Translations under genes and position numbers: made by a program
Assembly: GCF_009914755.1 (NCBI RefSeq)
Contig: NC_060925.1
DNA length: 64,000 bases
Reading direction: 5' to 3' (one strand)
From: the human T2T-CHM13v2.0 reference genome, Homo sapiens
Notes under the pieces: generated by a model
Databases searched by the model: none
What the model saw: only the letters and a program-made list of their open reading frames with translations
What the model was told of the DNA's origin: nothing
Part shown: positions 28,601-46,186 of the stretch, piece by piece
Numbering within the stretch: position 1 is the first letter of the stretch
How the letters are laid out: each line of letters starts with the position of its first letter

Positions 28601-29284
28601 AGTAACCCTACCACCATCATTTATGCCATTCCCAGCATCAGCATGAAAAGCCTTTATATATCTATGAGGCAGAGCTCAATGAAACTTTCACTGGAAAGTA
28701 GTCTTCAAAAAATTGCACTTTACATCTTAACAAATCAAATATGATCTCAGCACAGCTAGCATATAAGTGATTATATAAACATAGAATAAACTTCTTTCCA
28801 CACAAACGATGTTTCAAAATTAATTAGAGGAATGGGAGGCACAGCAAGGGGAGGAGATTTCCAGAACACGTGTTCCAGCTACCAGAAGCATTCTCGAAAT
28901 AAATTGATATGATGATATGATTTAGCCAATTAATCAAGAAGGAAGATAAGGGCAGAATTCCCTGTAAAAGCACCCAAAGCCCTATAAGAATGTCAGATCA
29001 GCCACAGTGGCTGCACACAAATGGGTCAAATTGCTTGTCAACAAAAATATCTTGAGGAACAACATATTTGTAATCCAAACATGTAAAATTTAAAACTTTT
29101 ACTAGGCCACAAGAAACATAGTAGCTGCCCTACTTGTCCAGTGGGCATAAATTGTTACTGTTGGAAGTTCTCACTTCTCCTGGCCACTGACTCAATTACT
29201 ACTAAGTGATCTTTAAAAGCTGGCAAGCTAGTTTCCCCTAGGACATTGTAGGTCATAATCACAACTCATATTTTGTATAGAAAG

Positions 29285-30600
29285 GACTTAATGGTGACTA
29301 AGAGCACCCCTACATTTCAAAATCAAATGAACATCTACATTTCTCACCTTTCTTTTGATCTTTTTGTGACATTAAATGCTCTTGTTCACTTTTCTTTACA
29401 GAACTCTCTTTCCATGGTTTAAGCCCATACTCTTACCTGGTTCTTCTAGTTCTTTGAACATTCTAAGTTTCCTTTACTTTTTGTCTCCCTAAATGTTAAT
29501 TTACTCAAGCCTCTGTCCTCAGTCCTCGTTCTTATCCATGGCTTCAATTCTGTCTTTATGTTGTTAAAAACCCCAATTTAAATATGCAACCCAGATCTCT
29601 CTCCCAAACTGCAGCTTCACATATCCAACTGCCTCTGGTAAGCTCCACTTGAGTAGCCAAACTCAAATATCATGGTCCAAAACTGAACTCACCATGTCTT
29701 CATCATTATCTGCTCCTCTGTGTTTTCTAACAGTAGTAGAAAACGTGGCACCAGCCAACTTGTATTCAAGTCAGAAACTTGGCAATCATCGTAATTGCCT
29801 TCCCTTCCTTACCTACACTCCAAAAACTTAACCATGAATCTAGATAAATACTGTCACCTAGGTATTTCTCATACCCATTCCTTCTCTCATTTCCCAGTGC
29901 TACTACCTTTTTTCAGGTTTCCCGGAGTCTTCTTTGTAACACCCTTGACAACATTTAGTGCAATACCAATAATGTGTAAAAACAAAACACAAATCCATAA
30001 TAATCTCACTCAACATCATTTAATTATTCTTCATTATTTTAGAATAATTATAAAATGTTTTCCATTGTCTGTGAGGCCTTTTATAAACTGCCTTCTGCCA
30101 AACTGTAGCCTCATCTCTTTTCAAACTTCTTGGTCTTCTCAGAAAATGCCTCACTTTTTCAGTCTTTCCTCTGTTTTATACACAGTGCCCCTGCCTAGGA
30201 TGTCTTTTCTTCCTTTCTCTGCATACCAAACTTCCATACATCCTTCCAAATTTAAACTAGTGATGTCCTCCCTGTACACTCTTTTCATAATGTCCATCAC
30301 TATAACCTAACCACCACTGTCTTCCATGTCTACTCTTCCTCTGTTCTTACCTACTCTTCCCTCCAGCCCCTCAAGAGAGGCTGGATACCACTCCTGTTTG
30401 TACCATTTTACCAATTACACCAATCGTGGTTGATCTGTCTTTCTGGTTTCTCTTCCTTTAAGTTATGAATTCCCTGAGTTCAAGGTCTGTGTCCTTCATT
30501 TTCATGTGTTCATAATCTAACTAGTAGTTGGCAGATGGTAGAGATTCAATAAATATTTGTCAAATAAATGGGTGGGGGCATGGGTGAATGAATGGATAGA
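29285..30600 (+). mobile_element. L2 LINE remnant including 3' end
   Basis: atatccaactgcctct..tccacttgag..aaactgaactc; ends tcaataaatatttgtcaaataaatg..gaatgaatgg. Confidence 0.7.
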
Positions 30601-31200
30601 TGGAGAACATGAAGACAAAACACAATAATTAGTCTTAATGGTCCCTCCTCATTCAAATCATTGTTGTGAGTCCTGATAATGAATCACTACCTAACAACGA
30701 CAAGTTAGTTTTTATTCCTTGGATAAGGCTGAATAAACATTTGAATGCTTTCTCTCTGGCCCTCATTTTTAGCTTTCACTATGGAAGCTTGTCTGCTTCC
30801 AATACCTTACTTTAAAGCAAATAATATAATGCAATTGATTATTTCTACTTAGTATGTTAAAATCACGTTCTAATTCTGTCTCACTGAGATTATGCCCAGA
30901 TCTCATTGACTGGTGTTTGGGGAATTTCAAAAATCATGAGTCAGAAGTTTAAAGATTATTAATAATCTCTTAGCCTAATTTTAGAGATGGCTCATCTCAT
31001 TCATTGTACATGGATTTTATTATTTAAACTCCCGGGCAATAACCTACTTTCCAATTTTGTAAGGGTACTTCTCAGTTGCTAGATTTAACTATTACTAGTT
31101 CTTACATAATCTTAAAACTTGAAATACTGGAAAAGAGGCTTTAAAGTCAAGAGATAAAATCAGTGTTGAGTCTCAAAAAAATGGGGAAATATTTTTTGCA

Positions 31201-31358
31201 ATCCTGTTGTGGTTCATAAGCGTGATAATTGGGTTTTCACACTAGTACGTGAGATGCGCATTGTTAGAACAGTTTGTGGGAGGCACGTCTCACACAAAGT
31301 TCGTTGGCACATTACCCATCTGACGTGAAACAAAACAAACAAAAAAAGAAAAAAAAAG
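31201..31358 (+). pseudogene. U13 (SNORD13) snoRNA retropseudogene with internal inverted segment and A-rich tail
   Basis: atcctgttgtggttcataagcgtgataattgggt...gtgagatg...ggcacattacccatctgac matches U13; box C mutated (tgataa), box D ctga; A-rich tail; TSD-like gaaatattttttgca / gaatatttttgcca. Confidence 0.9.
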
Positions 31359-32117
31359 GAATATTTTTGCCAAGGGTGATTTCAATATATGGAAGAATTC
31401 AGATGTAGAGGATTATATTATATGCACTCTGAATGGAAAGAGCCCATGCTTAACAAACTTAGTAAAGATGTTTAGTATAGAAACCTGGCTTTTTAGTTCC
31501 TTAGGCAAGTTGTTCCATAAATCTAAGCTTTAATATATTCTCCTCAAGATGAGAGCAAGAACATGGGAATCAGGCAGAGTGGTATGTGCACAACATATTT
31601 CATTTATATGTCATCATCAGAAATTGAATAAGCACTAATGTATGACTGCATTTCTCAGGAAGCTATTGAATATCCCTTTAAATTATAAAAATATATATTA
31701 TGACTGAAATATGCTTACATAAGAAAGCTATAATGGCTCTCTTTTTTAAGATAACATTTAGATATTTTTCTAATGGCTCAAGGTGATCAATGTTCTCAAG
31801 ATCAAGGTTCTCCTCTGTGTTGGCTTGCTTCTACAGCTAGAAGGATGGAGTAATCAAATCTTCAGCCAACATTATTGAACTCATTATGCATGAGACATTT
31901 GCTAAATGCTTTAAATACATTATCTCATTTAATACTCACAACCAATCCTATGAGGGACATATTAACATTATCTATTTCAGTGAAAAATGAACTAAGACAC
32001 AGAGAGAATAAGAATTTGTCCAGTCACACATCACTAACTGGCAAAGCCAAGTGTGTCCAACTCCCAGTCTTTTCATGCACAACCTCCACACAATCTTCTT
32101 ATCAAAAATCTGTTTTT

Positions 32118-32475
32118 TCAAAGTTGATCTCATGGAGGTAGAGTAGAATGATTACCAGAAACTGGGAAGCATGGTGAGGGTGGTAAAGAGATATTGGTTG
32201 ATGGGTACAAAAATATAGTTAGATAGAAGAAGTAAGTTCTAGCGTTTGATTGCACAGTAGGGTGACAATAGTTAATAAGAATTTATTGTATATTTTAAAA
32301 TAGCTAGAAGAGAATATTTAGGATGTTCCCAAACAAAGAAACGATAAATGTTTGAGGTGATGGATATTCTGATTACCCTGATCTGATCATTACACATTGC
32401 ATACATGTACCAAAATATCATATGCACCCCATAAGTATGTACAATTATTATGTATCAATAAAAAATGAAATAAAA
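32118..32475 (+). mobile_element. L1MA 3' UTR fragment
   Basis: gatctcatggaggtagagtagaatg..ttaccaga..tagatagaagaagtaagttctag..tacacattgcatacatgtaccaaaatatcat..tatcaataaaaaa. Confidence 0.85.
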
Positions 32476-32548
32476 GTCTGTGTTTTCTTGGTGGTTGTAG
32501 AGTTTGTTATAGGATCTTATATAAGACATTTAAACTCACTGTCTATGA

Positions 32549-32881
<333 letters not shown>

Positions 32882-34004
32882 TAAATTTTTAAATGTATAA
32901 AGTCTAAGGTTTCTTTAGCTTAAACATGTGATGACTCTTTCATTTTGTTTATATAATAAATTCTTACTAAGGTATAAATGATAAATGACTGATGACAATT
33001 TTTATATGTTATATACAGAGACCAACCTGGCAGGCATTTCCATTTATTAAATAATATCAGCTTTAACTTAAAAGAAGCTCATTTAGAAAAGATGCAGGCA
33101 TCAACTGGGAGCAAATGTGAAAGCATTTTTCAGCACCAATTCTGTCCCAGATCTATCAGTACATGCTATACTGACAGCTACCTTCTTTACCTATGTCAAA
33201 GGTAAGTTACTCATTCAATGAATCATTGTGACAGGCACTGAGTTCAACTGAACATGGTTCCTGAAGACCTCCACTTTAGCCTATGTGGTGGGATACATAC
33301 TCTGAAGGACTCTCCAACTGTAAAGTAGCTAGATCCTGGATAAAACAGGCCTTTGAATGTATATTTCCGGGATATCTCTGAAGGCACCAATCAACAACTT
33401 TCTCACCCCATCCTTTCCCCCCCCAAAAAAGAGAGTTGAAACCTGAGAGGGAATCAATGGGCAACAAGCAAGAAAAAGACAAGATTTTCTTCAAGTTGTT
33501 TTGATCAGTATTGCAGATAACTGAGAAACTAAGCATCAAGGAGGGTAGTCTAAATCAGAGATTCCCACAGTAAGCCAGAAACCTAGACAGAGGTGAAATG
33601 GTCTCAGTTTGGCAACCTCTTGGCTGCTAGCAGAAACAACTGGAAATCCTCTCTAGAGAAGAGCACTCTCAATCTATGGTCAGCCAAGAATTGTAGACTA
33701 TTGAAACTACCTTACAAAAACAAAGGCAAAATAAAAACATTTCCAGATAAATAAAAGCTGGTAGTCACCACAAACAAACCTTCCCTAAAGAAAATTCTAA
33801 GACTATATTTCAGTCAGTAGGAAAATGTTCCCTGAAAGAAGTCTAAGATGCTGAAAAAATCATGAGCAAGAAAAATGGTAAACATATAGGTAAATCTAAA
33901 CATTTTATTTATAAGAAAACCATAAGAATACAGACTGACAGATGATCTTTACAAAGTAAAGACCAAAGCAAAGGAATGACAATAATAGTACATAGGTCAA
34001 AAGG

Positions 34005-36028
34005 TTGAAAGTTAGGCCTCTTGTGCCAAACGGTTGGTCAACTTATGAATGCAAAAAAAAAAAAAAAAAAAAGTTCTTGAAGGAAATCATAAGTACTACT
34101 CCAGTGAACACATGAATGATAAGAAAGCAAAATAGCCTTATTGCTGATGTAGAAAAAGTTTGAGTGATCTGGAAAGATCAAACCAGCCACAACATTTCTT
34201 AAGCCAATGCCTAATCTGGAGCAAGATTTTAACTCTTTTTAATTCTAGAAAGGCTGGAAAATGTGAGGAAGCTGCAGGAGAAAAGTTTGAAGCTAGCAGA
34301 AGTCCCAGAAGGTAAGTTACTCATTCAATGAATCATTGTGACAGGCACTGAGTTCAACTGAACATGGTTCCTGAAGACCTCCACTTTAACCTATGTGGTG
34401 GGATACATACTCTGAAGGACTCTCCCACTGTAAAGTAGCTAGACCCTGGATAAAACAGGTCTTTGAGGTTCATGAGGTTTAAGGAAGGAAGCCATCTTCA
34501 TCACATATAAGTGCAAGGTAAAGCAGCAAGTGCTGATGTAGAAGCTGCAGCAAGTTATCCAGAAGGTCTAGGTAAGACAATTGATAAAGGTGGCTCTACT
34601 ACACAACAGGGTTTTTCAAGGTAGATGAAACTGTCTTCTACTAGAAGGAGATGCCATCTAGAACTGTCATAGCCAGAGAGGAGAAGTCAGTGTCTGGCTT
34701 CAAAGCTTCCAAAGACGGGCTGACTTTTTTGTTAAGGGCTAATGTAGCTGATGACTTTAAGTTGAAGCCAATGCTCATTTATCATTCTGAAAATCCTAGG
34801 GCCCTTAAGTAAAAATCTACTCTCCATGTGCTCTATAAATGGAACAACAAAGGCTGAATGACAGCACATCCATTTGAAGCATGGTTTACTGACTATCTTT
34901 AAGTCCATTATTAACACCTACTCCTCAGAAAAAGAGTTCTTTCAAAACATTACTACTCATTAACAATGCACCTGATCACCCAAGATACCTGATGGAGATA
35001 AACAAGAAGACAAATGTTGTTTTCATGCCTGCTAACACAACATTTATTCTGCAGTCCATGGATCAAGGAGTAATTTTGACTTTCAAGTCCTATTAAAGAA
35101 ATGCACTTTGTCAGGCTATATCTGCCATAAGTAACAATTCCTCTAATGAATCTGGGCAAAGTCCATTGAAAACTTTCTGGAAAGGATTCACTATTCTAGA
35201 CACCATTAATTTTTGATTCTTGTTTGGAGGTTAAAATATCAACATTAACAGGAGTTTGGAAGAACTTAATATCAACCCTCATGAATGACTGTGAAGGGTT
35301 CAAGACTTCACCGGAGGAAGTATTACGGATGTGGTAGAAATAGCAAGAGAGCTAGAATTAGAAGTGGAACCTAAACATATGACTCAATTGCTGCAATTAT
35401 ATGCTAAAATTTGAATGGATAAAGAGTTGCTTCCTCATTCATAGGAATGAATGAGCAAATGAGGTGTTTTTTTGAGATGCGATCTATTTCTGGCGAAGAT
35501 GCTGTGAACATTGTTGAAATGACAACAAAGGACTTTGAATATTCCATAAACTTAGTTGGTAAAACAGCAGCAAGGTTTGAGAGGATTGATTCCAATTTTG
35601 AAAGAAGTTCTACTTGGGTAAAATGCAATCAAACAGCATTTCATGCCACAGAGAAGTTTTTCATGAAAGGAAAGTCAATCAGTTCAGCAACTTTATTGTT
35701 GTCTTATTTTAAGAAATTGCCACTGCCACCACAACATTCAGCAACCACCACCCTGATCAGTCAGTAGCCATCAACATCCAGGCAAGTTTCTCTACCAGCA
35801 AAAAGATTACAATTTGATGAAGGCTCAAGTGATCACATTTTTTAGCAATAAAGTATTTTTAAATTAAGCTGTGTACATTATTTTTAGACGTGATGCTATT
35901 GCACACAGTAGGCTACAGTATAGTATACATATAATTTTTATATGCACTGGGAAACCAGAAAAATGCATGTGACTGTCCTTGTTGCTATAATCTGAAACTG
36001 AACTTACCATATCTTTGAGGTATGCCTA
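34005..36028 (+). mobile_element. Tigger1 DNA transposon, 5'-truncated, carrying a 158-bp foreign insert
   Basis: aagttaggcctcttgtgccaaac..gaagctgcagcaagttatccagaa..MRSISGEDAVNIVEMTTKD..3' TIR gaggtatgcct. Confidence 0.9.
34309..34466 (+). repeat. 158-bp direct duplicate of 33199-33356
   Basis: 154/158 identical by eye, no indels, offset 1110 bp. Confidence 0.95.
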
Positions 36029-36029
36029 T

Positions 36030-36110
36030 AATTTCAACAGAGACTGCATGACCTGCAAACTTGACAATACTTACTCTGACACTTTACAAAACAGTTTGCT
36101 GACTGCTGAC
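36030..36110. mobile_element. MER58 3' fragment
   Basis: agagactgcatgacctgcaaac..tactctgacactttacaaaacagtttgctgactgctg. Confidence 0.55.
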
Positions 36111-36199
36111 CAATATGAAAAGACACAGAAAAGTTAAAATATTCAGTTTATCTGGAAGATGTTTTTAATTAACTTTTTTACACCTAACAAAGTAGCTTC

Positions 36200-38180
<1,981 letters not shown>

Positions 38181-38280
38181 TTAAAGTTTCCAAATACATA
38201 AAGCAAAAATTTATAGAACTATAAAGAGAAGTTAACAACTTCACCATCTGGTATTAGATTTCAACATGTATCTCTCATCA

Positions 38281-40225
<1,945 letters not shown>

Positions 40226-40229
40226 CGAA

Positions 40230-43200
40230 AACATCATGAACATATCTGCCACCACAAAAACACACTCAAGTACACGGCACACTGACACTATAAAGCAACT
40301 ACACAATCAAGTCTACATAACAACCATCTAACAACATGATTGCAGGATCAAATTCTCACACATCAATATCAACCTTGAATGTAAATGGGCTAAATGCCCC
40401 ACTTAAAAGGCATAAAGTGGCAAGTTGGATAAGGGAGCAAGACCCGACTATCTACTGTCTTCAAGAGATCCACCTCACATGTAACGCTCATAGGCTTAAA
40501 GTCAAGGGACGAAGAAAGGTCTATCATGCAAAAAGAAAACCAAAAAAAGAGCAGGGGTTACTATTCTTATGTTGGATAAAACAAATTTTAAATCAAAAAC
40601 AATAAAAAACAATAAAGAAGGGCATTACATAATGATAAAGAGTTCAATTCAACAAGAAGACTTAACCATTTTAAGCATATATGCACCCAACATTCACACT
40701 CCCAGATTCATAAAACGAATTCTTAGAAGAAACTTAGATAACCACACAAGAATAGTGAGAGACTTCAACACCCCACTGACAGTGTTAAGCAGATCATCGA
40801 GACAGAAAACTAAAAAGATATTCCAGACTTAAACCTGACACCTGACCAATTGGACCTAATAGACTTCTACAGAATACTCCACCCAACAACAACAGAATAT
40901 ACATTCTTCTAATCTGCACATGGCACATACTCGAAGACCAACCACATGCCTGGCCACAAAGCAAGTCTCAAGAAATTAAAGAAAAAAATCATACCAACCA
41001 CACTCTCAAACCATAGTGCAATAAAAAAAGAAAGTAATACCAACAAGCTCTCTCAAAATCATACAATTACATGGAAATTAAACAACTTGCTCCTGAATGA
41101 CTTTTGGATAAAGAACAAAATTAAGGCAGTATATTAGTTCATTCATGCATTGCTATAAAGAAATACCTGTGGCTGAGTAATTTATAAAGAAAAGCAGTTT
41201 ATTTGTCTAATGGTTCTGCAGGATATACAGGAAGCACAATGGCATCTGCTTCTGGGGAGGCCTTAAAGAGCTTTCACTCCTAGTGGAAGGCAAAACAGGA
41301 GCGAGCACCTTACGTGGTAAAAGCAGGAGCAAGGGTGCGGATGGGAGGAGGCGCCACACACTTTGAAACAACCAGATCTCATGAGCACTTACTATCATGA
41401 GGACAGCATCAAGGGGATGGTGCTAAATCAGTCATAAGAAGTCCACCCTTATGATCCAATCACCTCCCAAAGGCCCCACCTCCAACACTGGGAATTACAT
41501 TTCAACATGAGATATGGGCAGGGCCACATATCTAAACTCTATCAGGCAGAAATCAAAAAAATTTTTGAAACTAATGAAAAGACAGACACAACATACCAGA
41601 ATCATTGGGACACAGTTAAAGCATGTTAAGAGGAAAGTTTATAGCACAAAGTGCCTACATCAAGAAAGTAGGAAGATCTCAAATTAATAACCTAACATCA
41701 CACCTAGAGGAACTAGAAAAATAAGAGCAAACCAACCACAAACATAGCTTAAGAAAAGAAGTAGCCAAAATCAGAGCAGAACTGAATGAAACTGAGGTGC
41801 AAAAATCCATACAAAGGTCACTGAAACCAAAAGTTAACTCTTTGAAAGAATAAGCAAGATTAAAAGACTGAAATCTAGATCAACAAAGAAAAAAAGAGAA
41901 AAGATCCCTATAAACACAAATATAAATGACAAAGGTGACATTACAAAAGACCCCACAGAAATATAAATAGTCCTCAGAGGCTGTTACAAACACCTAGGCT
42001 ATTAAACAAACTAGACAACCCAGAAGAAATAGGTAAATTCCTGAACACACAACCTCCCCAAGATTGAAACCCTGAACACAACAGTAACCAGTTCCAAAAT
42101 TAAATCAATAATAAAAAAAAATCTACCAACAAAAAAAAAACCTAAACCAGAAAAATTCACAGCTGAATTATACCAAACGTATAAAGAAGAGCTAGTATCA
42201 ATCCTACTGAAATTATTCCAAAAAAGTGAAGAGGAGGGACTCCCCTCTAACTCTTTCTATGAAACCAGCATCAGCCTGATACCAAAATCATGCAGAAACA
42301 CAAGGAAAAAAAACTTCAGGCCAATCTCCCTAATAAACATAGATGCAAAAATCTTCAACAAAATACTAGCAAATCATATCCAGTAGCACATCAAAAAGTT
42401 AATTCACCATGATCAAGTAGACTTTATTTCTGAAATGCAAGGTTAGTTCAACATATGCAAATCAATAAATGTGACTCACCACATAACAGAATTAAAAACA
42501 AAAACCATATGATCATCTCAATAGATGCAGAAAAGGCTTTCAATAAAATTCAACATCCCTTTATGTTAAAAATGCACAACAAATGAGGCATCAAAGAAAC
42601 ACAGCTCAAAATAATAAGAGCCATCTATAACAAACCCACAACCAACATTACACTAAATGGGCAAAAGCTGGAAGCTGGAAGCATTCCCCTTGAGAAGTGG
42701 GGAATGACAAAGATGTCCATTCTCACCACATCTATTCAACGTAGTACTGGAAGTCCTGGAAGCCAGAGCAATCAGGAAAAAAAAAAAGAAATAAAAGGCA
42801 TCCAAACAGGAAGAGAAGAAGTTAAATTATCTCTCTTCACAGATAATAGAATTCTATACTTAGAAAACCCCAAAGACTCTGCCAAAAGGGTCCTAGAACT
42901 GAAAATTACTTCAATAAGGTTTCAGGATATAAAATCAATGTACAAAAATTAGTAACATTTCTACTCAACAATAATGTTCAAGCCAAAAGCCAAACCAAGA
43001 GTCCAATCCCATTAAAAATACCCAGAAAAATAAAATACCAAGAAATACCGCTAACCAAGGAAGTGAAAGCTCTCTATAATGAGAATTACAAAATACTGCT
43101 GAAAGAAATCTGAGGTGACAAAAATAAATGGAGAAATATTCCATGCTCATGGATAGGAAGAATCAGTATTGTTAAAATGGCCATACTGCCCAAAGCAATT

Positions 43201-44735
43201 TACTGATTTAATAGTATTCATATCAAACTACCAATGTCATTTTTCACAGAATATGGAGTGAAAAAAGAGCCAAAAGCCAAGGCAATCCTAAGCAAATAGA
43301 ACACAGCCAAAGACATCATACTACCCAACTTCAAACTATACTATAAGGCTACAGTAACCAAAACAGCATAGTATTGGTATTTAATACAAAAACAGACCCC
43401 ACAGACCAACGGAACTGCATAGAAAACTTTGAAATAAAGCTGCACACCTACAACCATCTGATCATCAACAACACTGACAAAAACAAGCAATGAGGAAAAG
43501 ACTCTTCAATAAATGGTGCTGGGATTACTGGCTAGCCATATGCAGGAGATTGAAACCGGACCCCTACTTTCACCTTATACAAAAATCAACCCAAGATAAA
43601 TTAAAGACTTAAATTTAAGACCTGAAACTCTAAAAATCCTAGAAGAAAACCTAGGAAATACCATTCTGGACACTAGTCTTAGCAAAGAATTTATGACTAA
43701 GTCCCCAAAAGCAATTGCGATAAAAATGAAAATTGACACATGGGACCTAATTAAACTAAAGAGCTTCTGCACAGCAAAAGAAACTATCAACAGAGTCAAC
43801 AGGCAACCTACAGAATGGGAGAAAATATCTGCAAACTATGCATCTGACAAAGGTCAATATTCAGAATCTATAAGGAACTTAATGCATCAAGCAGAAAAAC
43901 AAATAACCCTGTGAAAAAATGGGTAAAGGACATGAATGGACACCTCTCAAAAAAGACACACATGAAGCCAACAAATATATTTAAAAATGCTCAACATCAC
44001 TAACTATCAGAGAAATGCAAATCAAAACCACAATGAGATACTGTCTCACACCAATCAGAATAGCTATTATTAAAAAGTCAGATGTTGACAAGGTTATGGA
44101 GAAATGGGAATGCTTATGCACTGCTGGTGGGAATGTAAATTAGTTCAGCCACTGTGGAAAGCAATTTGAAGATTTCTCAAAGAACTGCAAACAGAACTGC
44201 CCTTCAACCCAGCAATCCCATTACTGGTATATACCCAAAGAAAAATAAACCATTCTATTTAAAAGATACATGCACTCGTATGTTCATCATGGGACCATTC
44301 ATAACAGCAGACAGATAGAATCAACCTAAATGCCCATCAACAGTAGACTAGATAAAGAAAATGTGGTATATATACAAATAGAATACTACACAAACATGAG
44401 AAATAACAAAATCATGTTCTTTGCAGCAACATGGATGCAGCCAGAGGCTATCATCCTAAGTAAACTAGCGCAGGAACAGAAAACCAAATACTGCACATTC
44501 TCACTTACGAGTAGGAGTTAAACATTAAGTACACTCAGACACAGATATAGGAACAATAGACACTGGGGCTACTAGAATGGGGAGGGTCATAGATGAGGGT
44601 TCAAAAACTATCAAGTACTATGCTCACTACCTGAGTGATGGGATCATTCATACCCCAAACCTCCACAACATATATTTATGTAATAAACCTGCAGGTGTAC
44701 CCCTAAACCTAAAATAAAAGTTTTTTAAAAGTAAA
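40230..44735 (+). mobile_element. L1PA15/16-type LINE, from ORF2 start to 3' end, decayed
   Basis: ORF2 fragments [44 protein letters not shown]; 3' end gggatcattcataccccaaacctc..cctaaaataaaagtt. Confidence 0.9.
41130..41544 (-). mobile_element. MSTA MaLR solo LTR inserted in L1
   Basis: tatattagttcattc..gctataaagaaatacctg..ggcatctgcttctggggagg..tctaaactctatca; 5-bp TSD ggcag (41125-41129, 41545-41549). Confidence 0.9.
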
Positions 44736-44934
44736 AACAAAACAAACCCCCCAAAAAATAAAAAGGAAGAACAGATTAAGCCCAAACAATAAAGGGCAAA
44801 ATAATAAATATGTGTACAGAAGTCAATCACACTGAAATGGGACAAACAATAGAGAAAAATCAGTGAAACTCAAAGTTGGACTTTGAAAAGAACAATCCAC
44901 AAATGTGGAACCTGTGGATACAGAGGGCAGACTA

Positions 44935-45540
44935 GGAGAAAAGCCACAGACAGGCAGAAAAATATTTGCAGTACATATGACTGAAAAAACTTTTATTCAG
45001 AATATATATTTTTTAAATTCTTAACAACTGAATACTGAGAAGACAATCCAATTTTTTAACGGGCAAAATATTTGAATAGTCACATCACAAAAATTATACA
45101 AATCTCTGATGAACACATGAAAAGATGCTCATCATAATTAGTCAACAGAAAACTGCAACATAAAACCACAGTCAAATACCACTACACACCCACTAGAATG
45201 GCTAGGATTTAAAAGACTGACAATAACAAGTATAGATGAGCAACTCTCATATACTGCTGGTGGAAGCTGAAAATGATACAACCCTTTTTTAAAATACTTG
45301 GACCATTTCTTATAAAGTTAAACATACATTCACCATATGACCCAACAATTCCACGTCTAAGTAATTACCCAGGAGAAATGCAAACACATTTTCACACAAA
45401 AATATGTATGTTCATAACAGCTTTATTCATAATAGCTAAAAGCTGAAAACAACCTAAATTCATCATGAAACAAATGGATAAGCAAATGGTGATGTATCCA
45501 TCCCACAAAATACTAACCTATAATAAAAAGGAATTAATCA
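44935..45540 (+). mobile_element. L1M ORF2 3' fragment
   Basis: aacacatgaaaagatgctca..taccactacacacccactagaatggcta..tatgacccaacaattccac. Confidence 0.75.
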
Positions 45541-45541
45541 T

Positions 45542-46186
45542 TGTTCAAAGAAGTGCCCCAGGATCTTGATCCCACTTGTTTAAAATTTCCTTTGAAAGCT
45601 CTTGCTCATGTCTTCACCTGATCTGGACACAACAGTACTGGCACCCATCAAATGGAAAGTTGGCTCAACTTTAATTTTCAGTCAAAATTGTGTAAGCAGA
45701 ACCAATTGAGATGCCTGTGGTGTTAGTTATTGTTTCTGCTGTTAATCCTCAGGCCTGAAGAGAGCTGACATAAACAAGATGAATTTTTTCCTTGGAAATT
45801 GACATGGAAGCTCTGTCACTGTGAGCTTCATCTTCAACGTCATCTTATCCCTTCTTAAAATGAGCTATCTATTTGTAAACTGCTGATTTATTTGGGTCAT
45901 TGTCCCCATAAACTTTTCTTAAAGCATCACTGATTTCACCACTCTTCCACCCAAACTTCATCATAAATTTGATGTTTGTTCCTGCTTCAATTTTAGCAGA
46001 ATTTGTATGGCTCTGATAGGGTCTTTTTTCAAACTGACATCTTATCTTTCTAAGTATCTCAAACTAGCTCCTGTTCAGACATGTTATAGCAAGTTAGTAC
46101 AAGTTTATTTGGGTGAAAAAAATTGAAATCTATGCATAGTTTTTTCATAATACACATTTTCCATGAATGTTTTTAAGAACCCTAGT
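45542..46186 (-). mobile_element. HSMAR2 5' half
   Basis: Homologous to ~22965-23598; ends with TIR-like ttttccatgaatgtttttaagaaccctagta. Confidence 0.85.

Noticed and set aside
28863-28877. Palindrome agaacacgtgttcc resembling a steroid hormone response element
   Set aside because: The half-sites are spaced by 2 bp rather than the canonical 3, and there is no other support.
29795-30310. 171-aa ORF (longest in the track); also the ORFs at 54069-54530 and 56654-57142
   Set aside because: The first lies in a decayed L2. All three lack recognisable domains, splice context or codon-like composition.
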